A stretch of DNA of 57,044 nucleotides from Ruminococcaceae bacterium UBA7147 (lineage in GTDB: Bacteria > Bacillota > Clostridia > Oscillospirales > Acutalibacteraceae): positions 1 through 57,044 of the forward strand of contig DKWR01000024.1 in assembly GCA_002491825.1 (NCBI GenBank), written 5' to 3'. Positions within the stretch are counted from its first letter, which is position 1. Each line of letters opens with the position of its first letter. A program made the translations under genes and the position numbers. Below the pieces are notes generated by a model that saw nothing but the letters and a program-made list of their open reading frames with translations, did no database searches and was not told the origin of the DNA. Positions 35,989 to 46,494 of the stretch are shown one piece after another.

Positions 35989-37167
35989 TCAGTGATGGAA
36001 AAGTCTGATTCCTGTAAAGGACATTGTCATATTGTACTTGTTGCAGGTTTCAATTACGTTGTCGTCACGGATTGAGCCGCCCGGCTGTGCAACGTACTGA
36101 ACTCCTGAACGCTTTGCTCTTTCTATATTGTCACCGAACGGGAAGAAAGCGTCAGAGCCGAGTGAAACGCCGCTGAAATTAGCAAGCCATTCCTTCTTTT
36201 CCTCTTTTGTAAGGGGTTCGGGCTTTGTTGTGAAGAACTGCTGCCATACGCCGTCAGCGAGAACGTCCTCGTAATCGTCTGAAATATATACGTCGATTGT
36301 GTTATCTCTGTCGGGACGTCTGATGTTCTCAACAAACGGGAGGTTCATTACCTTCGGATGCTGTCTTAAGAACCAGATGTCAGCCTTGTTGCCTGCAAGG
36401 CGTGTGCAGTGGATTCTTGACTGCTGTCCTGCGCCTACGCCGATAGCCTGACCGCCCTTTGCGTAGCAAACGGAGTTTGACTGTGTGTACTTAAGTGTGA
36501 TAAGGGCGATAAGAAGGTCACGCTTTGCCTCCTCGGGAAGCTCCTTGTTATCGGTTACGATATTCTGCATAAGCATTGCTTCGTCGATTTTAAGCTCGTT
36601 TCTGCCCTGCTCGAATGTTATGCCGAAAACGTCCTTGTGCTCAATCGGAGCAGGAACGTAATTCGGGTCAATTTTTACTACGTTGTATGTTCCCTTTCTC
36701 TTTGTCTTTAAAACCTCAAGAGCCTCGGGAGTGTAGTCGGGAGCGATGATTCCGTCGGAAACCTCTCTCTGCAAAAGGCGTGCTGTCTGAACATCGCAGG
36801 TATCGGAAAGAGCTACCCAGTCGCCGTAGGAGGACATTCTGTCAGCACCTCTTGCCATTGCATAAGCAGATGCAATCGGAGAAAGCTCTAAATCATCTAC
36901 AAAATAAATCTTCTTTAATGTGTCGGAAAGCTCTGTTGCGACTGCGGCACCTGCGGGGCTTACGTGCTTGAATGAAGCTGCGGCAGGAAGTCCTGTTGCA
37001 GCCTTGAGTTCTCTTACAAGCTGCCACGAATTGAATGCGTCGAGAAAGTTAATGTAGCCCGGCTTGCCGTTTAAAACCTCAACGGGTAAGTCCTTGCCGT
37101 CCTGCATAAAAATTCTTGACGGCTTCTGATTGGGATTACAGCCGTATTTTAAGGCGAGTTCGTTCAT
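35989..37167 (-). CDS. purH: AICAR formyltransferase (stand-alone, lacks the IMP cyclohydrolase domain)
   Basis: Starts at LKYGCNPNQ; KHVSPAG, GAGQQSR, SDAFFPF and QPGGSIRD motifs. Confidence 0.92.
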   Translation of the reverse strand: MNELALKYGCNPNQKPSRIFMQDGKDLPVEVLNGKPGYINFLDAFNSWQLVRELKAATGLPAAASFKHVSPAGAAVATELSDTLKKIYFVDDLELSPIASAYAMARGADRMSSYGDWVALSDTCDVQTARLLQREVSDGIIAPDYTPEALEVLKTKRKGTYNVVKIDPNYVPAPIEHKDVFGITFEQGRNELKIDEAMLMQNIVTDNKELPEEAKRDLLIALITLKYTQSNSVCYAKGGQAIGVGAGQQSRIHCTRLAGNKADIWFLRQHPKVMNLPFVENIRRPDRDNTIDVYISDDYEDVLADGVWQQFFTTKPEPLTKEEKKEWLANFSGVSLGSDAFFPFGDNIERAKRSGVQYVAQPGGSIRDDNVIETCNKYNMTMSFTGIRLFHH

Positions 37168-37193
37168 TTTTATCGTCCTTTCTGATTACATAA

Positions 37194-37910
37194 TTATTTA
37201 TTCTTATTGATTATTCTTGACTCGGAAGTATTTGTTGCTATGTCAATATAGCGCACAAAAAGAGAAACCTTGTTGTCCTCGTTAAGAGCATTCCAGATTT
37301 TCTCTGCAAATGTGTCAATATCGTCATTGCCGATTTCAACCAAAGTAGGCTCGCCCTCAAAGCTCGGGAGCGGATTGCCGTCGCTCATATAGGTGTGGAT
37401 AAATCTGCCCAGACCTGCAATTGGTGAATCGTAGGTAAAGGTATATCTTTCGCAACAGTCGGGATTGCCGTCTGCACTCTTGAGGATTGACATTGCGTAG
37501 TTCATCTTGCCGTCAGTGCACTTTACGATACCGGAAATTCGAGGTGTGTAGTTCGGACCGTCAGGCTCAAATTCACGTGTGCGCAGTGACTGCTCAAACG
37601 TCATCTGCTGATTCATAAGGTCATAGATTGTGTCGGTCTGGTCGCCGTTTGTAACGATTGTCTTATTGCCGAGCACTCTTACGGGTGAATAGATGATAAG
37701 CGAGGGGTCAACAAGCTTTGACGGATCAAAAGCCTGCGTTTTGATTCCGTCGTCGGTTTCAACAAAAACTCTGTTTCTGCTGTTTTCACTTCTGCCCATA
37801 ATGAAGTATGCAATTACAGCCTTTGTGCCGTCAGCACTTCTGCCGATTACTATACCTCTGCCGGGGTATGTAGTTGAAGAAATGTCGTTATAAAGAGATA
37901 CGGGTTTCAT
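37194..37910 (-). CDS. IMP cyclohydrolase (PurO-like)
   Basis: YPGRGI, YFIMGRS.NSRNR, TNGDQTD and EPD.PNYTPRISG motifs. Confidence 0.88.
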   Translation of the reverse strand: MKPVSLYNDISSTTYPGRGIVIGRSADGTKAVIAYFIMGRSENSRNRVFVETDDGIKTQAFDPSKLVDPSLIIYSPVRVLGNKTIVTNGDQTDTIYDLMNQQMTFEQSLRTREFEPDGPNYTPRISGIVKCTDGKMNYAMSILKSADGNPDCCERYTFTYDSPIAGLGRFIHTYMSDGNPLPSFEGEPTLVEIGNDDIDTFAEKIWNALNEDNKVSLFVRYIDIATNTSESRIINKNK

Positions 37911-37923
37911 AATTTACCTCCGA

Positions 37924-38550
37924 TTAGTCAAGAATTTCGGTTTTGTTATCTTTTACGATAATTTTATCTTCGCAGAAAAGTGAAACAGCCTTGGGAAGAA
38001 TTTTCCATTCAGCCTGTTCCATAACTCTTTTCTGTAAAATTTCGGGAGTGTCGCCATTCTGAATTTCAACAGCCTTCTGAATTATAATAGGACCGCCGTC
38101 GCAGACCTCGTTCACAAAATGAGCCGTTGCACCTGTTACCTTAACGCCCTTTTTGAGAGCCGCCTCGTGAACGTGAAGTCCGTAATAACCCTCTCCGCAG
38201 AAGGACGGAATAAGCGAGGGGTGAATATTGATAATTTTGTTTTCAAATGCAGAAATAACCTTACTGCCGAGAATTGTCATAAAGCCTGCAAGCACGACAA
38301 CATCAGCATTTTTGCTCTTTAAAAGCTCGGTTAATGCATTGTCGTATTCGTCAAATTCTGCAAAGTCCTTACGTCTTATGACTTCTGTAGAAATTTTATT
38401 ATTCTGCGCACGGGTAAGGGCATAAGCATTGGGGTTTGAGGAGATTACACAGGTGATTTTTCCGTTTTTTATCTCTCCCCTGTTTTGTGCATCTATGAGA
38501 GCCTGCAAGTTTGTGCCGCCGCCCGACACTAAAACTACGATATTTTTCAT
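37924..38550 (-). CDS. purN: GAR transformylase
   Basis: SGGGTNLQA, LAGF, NIHPSL and G.TAHFV..D.GPII motifs. Confidence 0.97.
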   Translation of the reverse strand: MKNIVVLVSGGGTNLQALIDAQNRGEIKNGKITCVISSNPNAYALTRAQNNKISTEVIRRKDFAEFDEYDNALTELLKSKNADVVVLAGFMTILGSKVISAFENKIINIHPSLIPSFCGEGYYGLHVHEAALKKGVKVTGATAHFVNEVCDGGPIIIQKAVEIQNGDTPEILQKRVMEQAEWKILPKAVSLFCEDKIIVKDNKTEILD

Positions 38551-39584
38551 TATTCAAACACAACTCCGTCACTGCCCTCAACAACTTCGCCGAGGATTAC
38601 TGCGTCTTCGCCGTTTGCCTTTAAAACTTCAAGAGCCTTATCAGCGTCTTCCTTTGCAACGGCTGTAATCATTCCGACACCCATATTGAATGTATTGAAC
38701 ATATCGTGCTCGGAAATGTTACCTACCCTCTGCATAAGCTTGAAGATAGGAAGTACAGGAATGCTGTCCTTTTTGATTTTAGCGGTGAGTCCGTCTGTGA
38801 GCATACGGGGAATATTCTCGTAGAAACCGCCGCCTGTGATATGAGAAATTGCCTTCACCTTGACTTCATTTATGAGTGCAAGGATAGGCTTAACATAGAT
38901 TTTTGTGGGAGTAAGCAGAGTTTCGCCGAGCGGTTTGTCAAGCTCCGGGTACTCTGCGTTGATTGTTGTTTCGTCTATGCCAAAGATTTTTCTTACAAGT
39001 GAAAAACCGTTTGAGTGAACACCGGAGGAACGAAGTCCGATAAGCACGTCGCCCGGTTTGAGGTCTGAACCGTCAATAAGCTTTGGCTTGTCGGCAATAC
39101 CTACGCTGAAGCCTGCAACGTCGTACTCGTCAAGCGGCATAAGTCCGGGATGCTCGGCTGTTTCGCCGCCGATAAGGGCACAACCTGACTGAACACAGCC
39201 TTCGGCGATACCCGATACGATTTCTGCAACCTTTTCGGGGATATTCTTTCCGATTGCAATGTAGTCAAGGAAAAATAAGGGCTGTGCGCCGCAGCAGATA
39301 ATATCGTTTACACACATTGCAACGGCGTCAATTCCGATTGTGTCGTGCTTGTCAAGCAGAAAAGCAAGCTTGATTTTTGTGCCGACACCGTCTGTACCGC
39401 TTACTAAAACAGGCTCCTCCATTCCCTTGAAATTGGGAGCAAACAATCCGCCGAAGCCGCCGATACCCGAAACAACACCGTCAATCTTGGTGCGGGCAAC
39501 GTGTTTTTTCATAAGCTCGACTGATTTGTAACCTGCGGTTACGTCAACGCCTGCTGCCTTGTAACTTTCTGAAAAGCTGTTCAT
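38550..39584 (-). CDS. purM: AIR synthetase
   Basis: [23 protein letters not shown] and HITGGG motifs. Confidence 0.98.
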   Translation of the reverse strand: MNSFSESYKAAGVDVTAGYKSVELMKKHVARTKIDGVVSGIGGFGGLFAPNFKGMEEPVLVSGTDGVGTKIKLAFLLDKHDTIGIDAVAMCVNDIICCGAQPLFFLDYIAIGKNIPEKVAEIVSGIAEGCVQSGCALIGGETAEHPGLMPLDEYDVAGFSVGIADKPKLIDGSDLKPGDVLIGLRSSGVHSNGFSLVRKIFGIDETTINAEYPELDKPLGETLLTPTKIYVKPILALINEVKVKAISHITGGGFYENIPRMLTDGLTAKIKKDSIPVLPIFKLMQRVGNISEHDMFNTFNMGVGMITAVAKEDADKALEVLKANGEDAVILGEVVEGSDGVVFE

Positions 39585-39596
39585 TGTAATCCTCCG

Positions 39597-41051
39597 TTAT
39601 TTTTTATTTATTTTTTTAGCGTATTTATCAACAAAAATTGTTCGCGGAATTTCAGCATTATAACTGCCGCTGAAACAGCCGTCGCAAAGGTCAATGTTTG
39701 CATTCTCTGCGATTTTCCTGAGACTGTCAAGGCTTAAATATCCGAGTGAATCAGCGCCAATTTGTTCTCTGATTTCTTCAATTGACAGTTTATTTGCAAT
39801 CAGACTGTCTTTGTCACGAATATCAATTCCGAAGTAGCAGGGGCAGATAAAGGGCGGTGAGCTAATAAGCATATGAACCTCTTTTGCTCCTGCGTCACGC
39901 ATAAGCTTTACAATATGCTTTGACGTTTCACCTCTGACAATTGAATCATCAATTATGACAACTCTTTTTCCCTCTACGTTAGCTTTCAGAGCGGTAAGAC
40001 GAGTCTGCAAAAGCCGCTTTTTCTTGTCCTTGCCTGTTCCTACCGTTCTGCCTATGTATTTATTCTTTACAAATCCCATTCCGAACGGGATTCCCGATGC
40101 TTTTGCATAGCCCTCGGCGGCAACAATTCCCGAATCGGGAACGCCGCATACCATATCGGCTTTAATCGGAAATTCCTTGTAAAGCAACTCGCCTGCCTTA
40201 AAACGTGCATTGTGAACGCTTACGCCGTCAATCACGCTGTCGGGACGGGCGACGTAAACGTATTCAAAAAGACAAAGCGAAGTCTTTTCGGCAGTCATTC
40301 TTGCCTTATAGCTGTGGAAGCCTTCTTCGTCAATTACAATCATTTCACCGGGTTCTACGTCACGGATAAACTCTGCGCCAATGCTGTCGAACACACAGCT
40401 TTCAGATGAAATCACGTAGCTGTTCTTAAGCTTTCCCACACAAAGCGGACGGAATCCGTACATATCACGAAAACCGATAAGACGTGTTGGAGCACAGATT
40501 ACTGTTGAATATGCGCCCTTGAGCCTGTCCATTGAACGAAGAACAGCGTTCTCCAGATTACCGGTGAAGCATCTTTCGTAGGCGATTACATAAGCCATAA
40601 GCTCTGCGTTGGAGTTTGACTGAAATATTGCGCCGCCACGTTCAAGCTCTATTCGGATTTCGAGGAAGTTGGTGATTGAGCCGTTGCTTGCAATTCCGAT
40701 TGAGCCTTCTTTATATCTTAAAACAAGAGGCTGATTTGACGCACGGTCAAGGCTTTCGTTAGCAGTGTAACGAACGTGACCTATAGCTATCTTGCCGTTT
40801 TTGAGGTTGGAAAGCGTTTTTGCGGTAAACACCTCGGAAACCATACCAAGCTCCTTGACCGTTGAAAACTCGCACTCAAAATTAACTGTAATTCCTGCGC
40901 TTTCCTGTCCCCTGTGCTGTAGACCGAAAAGAGCGTCGTGAGTGATTGCAACGCTGTCGAGGTCATCGTCATTTCTGTAGATGCCGAAAACGCCGCATTC
41001 ATCGTTAAACTTATCAAGTTTTGTATCTATATCAACAAAATTCTTAATCAA
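39597..41051 (-). CDS. purF: Amidophosphoribosyltransferase homolog (divergent)
   Basis: [25 protein letters not shown] and Fe-S cysteines; several active-site loops deviate from the usual sequence. Confidence 0.85.
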   Translation of the reverse strand: MIKNFVDIDTKLDKFNDECGVFGIYRNDDDLDSVAITHDALFGLQHRGQESAGITVNFECEFSTVKELGMVSEVFTAKTLSNLKNGKIAIGHVRYTANESLDRASNQPLVLRYKEGSIGIASNGSITNFLEIRIELERGGAIFQSNSNAELMAYVIAYERCFTGNLENAVLRSMDRLKGAYSTVICAPTRLIGFRDMYGFRPLCVGKLKNSYVISSESCVFDSIGAEFIRDVEPGEMIVIDEEGFHSYKARMTAEKTSLCLFEYVYVARPDSVIDGVSVHNARFKAGELLYKEFPIKADMVCGVPDSGIVAAEGYAKASGIPFGMGFVKNKYIGRTVGTGKDKKKRLLQTRLTALKANVEGKRVVIIDDSIVRGETSKHIVKLMRDAGAKEVHMLISSPPFICPCYFGIDIRDKDSLIANKLSIEEIREQIGADSLGYLSLDSLRKIAENANIDLCDGCFSGSYNAEIPRTIFVDKYAKKINKK

Positions 41052-41545
41052 AGCTCTGCCACCTTAAGCTGCATTGCCTTGTCCTTTTCGGCAACGCCGT
41101 CTTCCATTTCTTTTTTCATATTTTCGAGCTTTTCTGCAAGAGTATCATCAGAAAGCGCAAGCATTTCTACAGCTAGAATTGCCGCATTAGCCGCACCGTC
41201 AACAGCAACGGTTGCTACGGGGATTCCTGTTGGCATCATAACTGTTGCAAGAAGTGCGTCCATACCGTCAAGCTGTGCTGATTTGCAGGGGATTCCGATT
41301 ACGGGAAGAGTGGTTTTTGCGGCAAGCACGCCTGCAAGATGAGCGGCCATTCCTGCGGCTGCAATGATTACTCCAAAGCCGTTTTTCTTTGCGTTAGCCG
41401 AAAACTCAATTGCCGCATCGGGCGTTCTGTGGGCGCTCATAACGTGAACTTCGTACTCAACGCCGAATTCCTTTAACTTTTTGACAGCCTTTGATACTAC
41501 GGGGAAATCACTGTCTGAACCCATTATGATTGCAACTTTCTTCAT
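41048..41545 (-). CDS. purE: N5-CAIR mutase / AIR carboxylase
   Basis: IMGSDSD, SAHRTP, AGMAAHL and [10 protein letters not shown] motifs. Confidence 0.97.
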   Translation of the reverse strand: MKKVAIIMGSDSDFPVVSKAVKKLKEFGVEYEVHVMSAHRTPDAAIEFSANAKKNGFGVIIAAAGMAAHLAGVLAAKTTLPVIGIPCKSAQLDGMDALLATVMMPTGIPVATVAVDGAANAAILAVEMLALSDDTLAEKLENMKKEMEDGVAEKDKAMQLKVAEL

Positions 41546-41611
41546 AATATGCTCCTTTGTCGTGTATTTTATAATCTGACAAGCTAAAAACCTGCCGAAG
41601 ATAACTATTAT

Positions 41612-41640
41612 ATTATATTAAAAAATCGTCGGAATTTCAA
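41612..41640 (-). promoter_or_regulatory. SigmaA promoter of the pur operon
   Basis: TTGAAA-N17-TATAAT. Confidence 0.7.
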
Positions 41641-41705
41641 TAGAATATGCCAATTATTTTAACAAACGACAGTAAATCGGGAAATTTTATCATAATAAGT
41701 AAAAT

Positions 41706-43193
41706 CTATTCTTTAGGATAAGTTGTCAGCGTATATTCGGATGGACTCGTTTCATAAGGTCTTTCCGATGAAATCACTCCCGAAGTTGTGATTCCTGTTT
41801 CGTCAACGTCTTTCATATGAGGAAACAGAAAATTCATTTTATCGTCGTCAAAGTGCTTGTCGAGGTATCTGTCGAAGCTGTTTGATGCAGGTACTCCGTC
41901 TGTTCTTTGCGTCCAGCGGTAGGTTGCAGACACCGACATAAAAGCGTTGATCAGCATAAAGACAATCAGAAATGTTGTAATTATTGAGCCTGCCTTCTTC
42001 GGGATTTTTTCGATAAGCATTGACGCCCAGGGATAGAGATAACGAACCCAGACAAGACCGAGAAAGCCCCATATCAGAGCGTACATAAGGTTTGTTCTGC
42101 CGTCAAGGTTAAAGGCTGTGTTGCTGTAGTCCCACGAAACAGTGCCGAAAAGCGTTTCCTGAAACCACGAACAGAAGTACTCAAAGCCTGCGCCGACTAC
42201 TGCACTGATTACAAAAATAAGCGTATCGCTCAGCTTATACAGCTTGTACAGAACAGCAGTCAAAAAACAAGCTCCGCCGCCGTAAACGGGGATAAACGGA
42301 CCGTAAACCATTCCGACACGCACTTCAAAATGTCCCTCGGCAAAAAGCGCCCAGATTGTTTCAAACAGAGTTCCGAGCATTGAGCCGAAAAGGAAAAGAT
42401 AAAACAGCTTTGTAAAGCAAAATCCGAATGCAAAAGGCTCTTCGTCTTTGTTTTCGTAAACCTGTGTATACTCCTTCATATTATCGGTTTTGATTTCATC
42501 AAGCTTTGCGGCAATCTGCTTTACATACGCAGTGTTTTTCAGCTCCGGGAATGCCGAAACAAGCCTTCGGCGCAAAATATTTTCGGTAAAAAGCTTGTTG
42601 TAATTGCTTTCAAGCTCGTCGATTTTCTCCTGCGGAACGTCGCTTCCGAGCAGGCTTGAAACACCGTTGAGCTTCTTGATTCTGTGCTGTAATCTCAAGG
42701 TTGTGATTATCGCAAAAACATAGTCAATCAGAATGAGCAGACAGATTGAAAGAACGACTATAAGGCTTACGAGGAACGGAATAAGCTCTATTACGGAATT
42801 GAGAACAGGGATTAGCACTCCTACAAGAACTGTACCCATTATTCCAAGCAAAAGCGTGTATGGCAAGGTTATATAGCTGCCGATATTGAGCTTCATTTTG
42901 CTGAAATTCCAAGGCTTGAAGCCAAGTACTTTTTCGGTAAAAAAGCCGATAAGGATAACGACAAGCGACAAAATTACACAACTGCCGAAAAACAGAAAAA
43001 ATCTATTGGATTGAAAGTGATTTAATGCAAGATAGCAAATTACCGCTCCTACTCCGTAGGACGGACAAAACGGAGAAGCAAGAAAGCCCTTGTTGTAAAA
43101 TCTTTTTTCTTCAAAGAGGGTTCTTATTCCATTTATAAGCCAGCCGCAGAATGAAAAAATCACAAAATACCACAGAAGATTTATAATTAACAT
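41706..43193 (-). CDS. Putative ABC transporter permease (DUF1113/CmpB-like), two tandem domains
   Basis: Two copies of the G...P..P.YG.G / W[ND][FY]S....N..G pattern joined by a coiled linker. Confidence 0.8.
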   Translation of the reverse strand: MLIINLLWYFVIFSFCGWLINGIRTLFEEKRFYNKGFLASPFCPSYGVGAVICYLALNHFQSNRFFLFFGSCVILSLVVILIGFFTEKVLGFKPWNFSKMKLNIGSYITLPYTLLLGIMGTVLVGVLIPVLNSVIELIPFLVSLIVVLSICLLILIDYVFAIITTLRLQHRIKKLNGVSSLLGSDVPQEKIDELESNYNKLFTENILRRRLVSAFPELKNTAYVKQIAAKLDEIKTDNMKEYTQVYENKDEEPFAFGFCFTKLFYLFLFGSMLGTLFETIWALFAEGHFEVRVGMVYGPFIPVYGGGACFLTAVLYKLYKLSDTLIFVISAVVGAGFEYFCSWFQETLFGTVSWDYSNTAFNLDGRTNLMYALIWGFLGLVWVRYLYPWASMLIEKIPKKAGSIITTFLIVFMLINAFMSVSATYRWTQRTDGVPASNSFDRYLDKHFDDDKMNFLFPHMKDVDETGITTSGVISSERPYETSPSEYTLTTYPKE

Positions 43194-43230
43194 ACCCTAC
43201 CCCTTTATTTTGATGATATTTTTAAGTTGA

Positions 43231-43602
43231 ATAAACGATATTTTAATGCGTAATTCGGAATGCGGAATTAGGAATTGTGGTCGAGTGGATAGGTTCGAAT
43301 AATTCAAAAGTTTGGTGCCCGAATTATTAATATGCGGCGTTGCCGCAAGTGTGATTTTTAGTATTTTTTACAAATGTAGGGAACGGTCTTGACCGTTCCG
43401 ATTACCTAAAAGTCAGATGTATTCCTGCGGAACAGTCAAGACTGTTCCCTACACTTTAAAACTAAACGTTATCAATATATCAAAACTTGTTCAACAAACA
43501 AACGTATCCTAACAACAAGCATTATTACAAATTCGGAGCGTAGTGACCATTAATTACGCATTACGAATTACGCATTCCGAATTGAAATATATTATCGTTT
43601 AT
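43231..43602. repeat. Nested foldback element: outer inverted repeats, inverted heptamer arrays, central REPIN
   Basis: ataaacgata/tatcgtttat; AAT(G/T)CG(G/T) arrays at 43245-43276 and 43551-43583 in opposite orientation; GTAG REP pair at 43376-43400 and 43428-43452. Confidence 0.8.
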
Positions 43603-43606
43603 ATTT

Positions 43607-43636
43607 AAAAGTCAAGCGCAGTCAAAAGACTGCGCT
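43607..43636 (-). terminator. Rho-independent terminator
   Basis: agcgcagtc/gactgcgct stem followed by tgactttt on the minus strand. Confidence 0.7.
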
Positions 43637-43653
43637 GTGAGCTGTATTCTGAT

Positions 43654-44568
43654 TTACTGCTTTGGTGTTTCGCTGTCCCAAAGCTCTTTTATTGCTGTTA
43701 CGTTGCCTGCAAGGCTCTGTATATCTGACGGAATGATGATTTTTGTAGCCTTGCCGTCGGCAGCCTTTGCAAATGCTTCGAGAGATTTAAGCTGAATTAT
43801 GCGCTCTGTCGGAGCGGCTTCGTTTAACATACGGAGTGCGTCTGCGTTAGCCTTCTGCACTGTGAGGATCGCCTCAGCTTCACCCTGAGCCTCACGGATT
43901 TTCTGCTCCTTAACGGCGTCTGCCTTGAGGATTGCAGACTCTTTCATACCCTCGGCAACGAGAATCTGACTGCGCTTTTCACCCTCTGCATCAAGGATTC
44001 TTGCACGGCGTTCACGCTCTGCCTTCATCTGCTTTTCCATTGCGTCCTGAATTTCACGGGGCGGAAGAATGTTTTTAAGCTCAACACGAATAACCTTGAT
44101 ACCCCAAGCGTCTGTTGCTTCGTCAAGGATAATTCTGATTTTATCGTTGATTGTGTCACGTGAGGTAAGCGTATTATCCAGCTCCAGGTCACCGATGATG
44201 TTACGCAGAGTTGTTGCTGTGAGGTTTTCGATTGCGCTTAACGGACGCTCAACACCGTAGCAGTAAAGCTTCGGGTCTGTGATTTCAAAATACACTACCG
44301 TATCAATCTGCATTGTTACGTTATCTCTTGTGATTACGGGCTGGGGCGGGAAGTCAACAACCTGTTCTTTAAGCGAAACCTTCTTTGAGATTTTGTCAAG
44401 AAACGGAATTTTTACGTGAAGTCCTGTATCCCATGTTGCATAATACGCACCAAGACGCTCAATAACATAAGCGTGTGCCTGCGGTACGATTTTAATGTTG
44501 CTTATTACAACAAGAAGCACGATAAAAACAATGATGCCGATAATAATTAAACCTATAAATCCTTGCAT
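43654..44568 (-). CDS. SPFH/band-7 (stomatin-like) protein
   Basis: IERLG, ITRDNV, LTSRD.IN and AMEKQMKAER motifs. Confidence 0.95.
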   Translation of the reverse strand: MQGFIGLIIIGIIVFIVLLVVISNIKIVPQAHAYVIERLGAYYATWDTGLHVKIPFLDKISKKVSLKEQVVDFPPQPVITRDNVTMQIDTVVYFEITDPKLYCYGVERPLSAIENLTATTLRNIIGDLELDNTLTSRDTINDKIRIILDEATDAWGIKVIRVELKNILPPREIQDAMEKQMKAERERRARILDAEGEKRSQILVAEGMKESAILKADAVKEQKIREAQGEAEAILTVQKANADALRMLNEAAPTERIIQLKSLEAFAKAADGKATKIIIPSDIQSLAGNVTAIKELWDSETPKQ

Positions 44569-44571
44569 AAT

Positions 44572-45021
44572 TTACTCCTCTATGTTTTCTGTCGGCTCAA
44601 CAATGAGCTTTACTCCCTCAATTGAGAGCACTTTTACTTTACTGTCTTTTGAAATCGGTGCATACTGTGACTTTGCAGTCCAGATTTCACCCTCTACCTT
44701 TACCTGTCCGACCTTTTGAACGTCCTCAATATCAGCAAGGACGATTCCGATTTTACCGATAAGTCTGTCTGCGTTTGTGCTTGTTACACCCTTTTTTTGT
44801 TTCCACTTGTTGATAAGCGGTCGTGTGACAAGAAGTGAAACAAGAGTAACAACAAGAAATACCGAAGTCTGAATCGGAATTGAGTCTGTAAAAATTGAAG
44901 TAATTGCGGCGCACACCGAGCCGAGCACAAACCAGATTGACACGAGCTGCGACGTAAACGCTTCGCATACAGCCATTAATACTGCAAATCCTATCCATAT
45001 GAAAGGCATATATTGTTCCAT
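44572..45021 (-). CDS. NfeD-family protein
   Basis: N-terminal TM segments plus OB-fold G.VKV.GE.W.A; paired with the SPFH gene. Confidence 0.92.
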   Translation of the reverse strand: MEQYMPFIWIGFAVLMAVCEAFTSQLVSIWFVLGSVCAAITSIFTDSIPIQTSVFLVVTLVSLLVTRPLINKWKQKKGVTSTNADRLIGKIGIVLADIEDVQKVGQVKVEGEIWTAKSQYAPISKDSKVKVLSIEGVKLIVEPTENIEE

Positions 45022-45150
45022 AAGATTACTCCTTTCTTGCTATAATTCTATCATAACAAACACGGATAGTCAAATTATTTGAATAAAAATATACACTTTT
45101 AATTTATTATATGTTATAATTAAGATAAATATTAAAATACGGGTGATTAT

Positions 45151-45753
45151 ATGGCTTTTGATACATTTGACGAGGGCGTAACATTAGGCGGTGTTAGAAG
45201 TAAAAACGAAATCAGAATTCTTATCTGCTATCTTCTTAACTGCGTTAAGGAAAATATGGATAAAGAGCTTGTTGTACAGGCAATTACAATAGAAGAGCTT
45301 GCAAATTATTTTGAAGTCAGCGCCGCTTTTGACGATTTGATTAAAAACGGCAATATAAAGGAAAGCGAAAATGTTGACGGATTGCAGACGTATGAGCTTA
45401 CCGACAACGGAATAATGATTGCTAATCAGCTTGAAAGCGTACTTTCCTACACAGTTAAGGAAAAAGCGTATGTGAGCGCAATAAAACTGCTTGGCGAAAA
45501 GAAAAAGCGCCGTGAAAATTCGGTTGAAATCAAGAAAACCGAAAACGGCTTTGATGTTATCTGCAAAATTTCGGGCGGTGATATGGATTTGCTGTCCTTT
45601 ACACTTTACGCTCCGAACTATGAACAAGCTATGGTTATGAAAAAGAACTTCTACGACAGTCCTTCTACCGTTTACAAGGTTATGCTTGCGCTTATGACAA
45701 AGGACAAGGAAAACGTCGGCGAGGCTCTTGAAGATCTTTACGGCGTTCTGTAA
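45151..45753 (+). CDS. DUF4364-family winged-helix protein
   Basis: ILICYLL..NYF..Y.LT..G and L..AP..EQA motifs. Confidence 0.75.
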   Translation: MAFDTFDEGVTLGGVRSKNEIRILICYLLNCVKENMDKELVVQAITIEELANYFEVSAAFDDLIKNGNIKESENVDGLQTYELTDNGIMIANQLESVLSYTVKEKAYVSAIKLLGEKKKRRENSVEIKKTENGFDVICKISGGDMDLLSFTLYAPNYEQAMVMKKNFYDSPSTVYKVMLALMTKDKENVGEALEDLYGVL

Positions 45754-45755
45754 AC

Positions 45756-46016
45756 TTAAAAGAACAGATTAAGTGAAAGAAGCAAGGTTACTCCGGGTAC
45801 TCCGCCTGCAACCGAAACGATTATTGAAAGCAGGCTGACAGGCAGAAAAACGCCTGTTATTCCCGAGGTTAAATTCACTGCCGTCAGCGTTGCCGCACCG
45901 ATAAGCATTGACAAAAGCGACCTTTTAAGAGGGTGCTTGCTTTTTGATATGTAATGTATAATTGCAAAAATCAAGAATATTGACACAAAAACGATTGATA
46001 GTCCCCACAGCGGCAT
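45756..46016 (-). CDS. bofA: Pro-sigmaK processing inhibitor BofA family
   Basis: Small TM protein ending G.PGV.LLL; ATG at 46016 after GGAG. Confidence 0.75.
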   Translation of the reverse strand: MPLWGLSIVFVSIFLIFAIIHYISKSKHPLKRSLLSMLIGAATLTAVNLTSGITGVFLPVSLLSIIVSVAGGVPGVTLLLSLNLFF

Positions 46017-46040
46017 AAATAACATCTCCATAAATTCACA

Positions 46041-46077
46041 AAATAAAACAGACCGTCGGACATACATCCGACGGTCT
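46041..46077 (-). terminator. secG terminator
   Basis: agaccgtcgga/tccgacggtct stem plus gttttatttt. Confidence 0.75.
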
Positions 46078-46078
46078 A

Positions 46079-46107
46079 TAATTATGCTCTGATTTTTAAA
46101 GATATTA
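46079..46107 (-). promoter_or_regulatory. Possible sigmaE promoter for bofA
   Basis: TAATATC-N14-CATAATTA. Confidence 0.4.
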
Positions 46108-46359
46108 CTTTATTACTCCGAAATAGGAAAGTACATTAAGCGCAATTACGAAGAGAACGAATACTGCGGCAAATACCTTTGTCCAACGTGAAAGAAACGC
46201 ATCAATTGAACGAGCCTTATTCTTTGAGAAATAAGAGTCAGCCGCACCTGTTACAACGCCAAGTCCCTGCTGGTTGCCTTCCTGAAGAATAATTACAACG
46301 ATAATTGCTATTGAAACGATGCCGAGAACAACACCGAGAACAATACCTAAAACGCCCAT
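46105..46359 (-). CDS. secG: Preprotein translocase subunit SecG
   Basis: Two TM segments, ILQEG..GLG..G and L.R.T motifs. Confidence 0.9.
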   Translation of the reverse strand: MGVLGIVLGVVLGIVSIAIIVVIILQEGNQQGLGVVTGAADSYFSKNKARSIDAFLSRWTKVFAAVFVLFVIALNVLSYFGVIK

Positions 46360-46494
46360 TTTTCATCTTCCTTTCATTAATATGATATAATACACGATAA
46401 TCTGCATTAATTAACTATTATATAGTATCACATAAATATTATTTTTGCAAGAGAAAATTTATATTTTTCATCATATATTTTTCAATAAAATACC

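Noticed and set aside
41546-41611. Purine or ZTP riboswitch ahead of the pur operon
   Set aside because: The leader is only about 60 nt with one weak hairpin and no aptamer consensus
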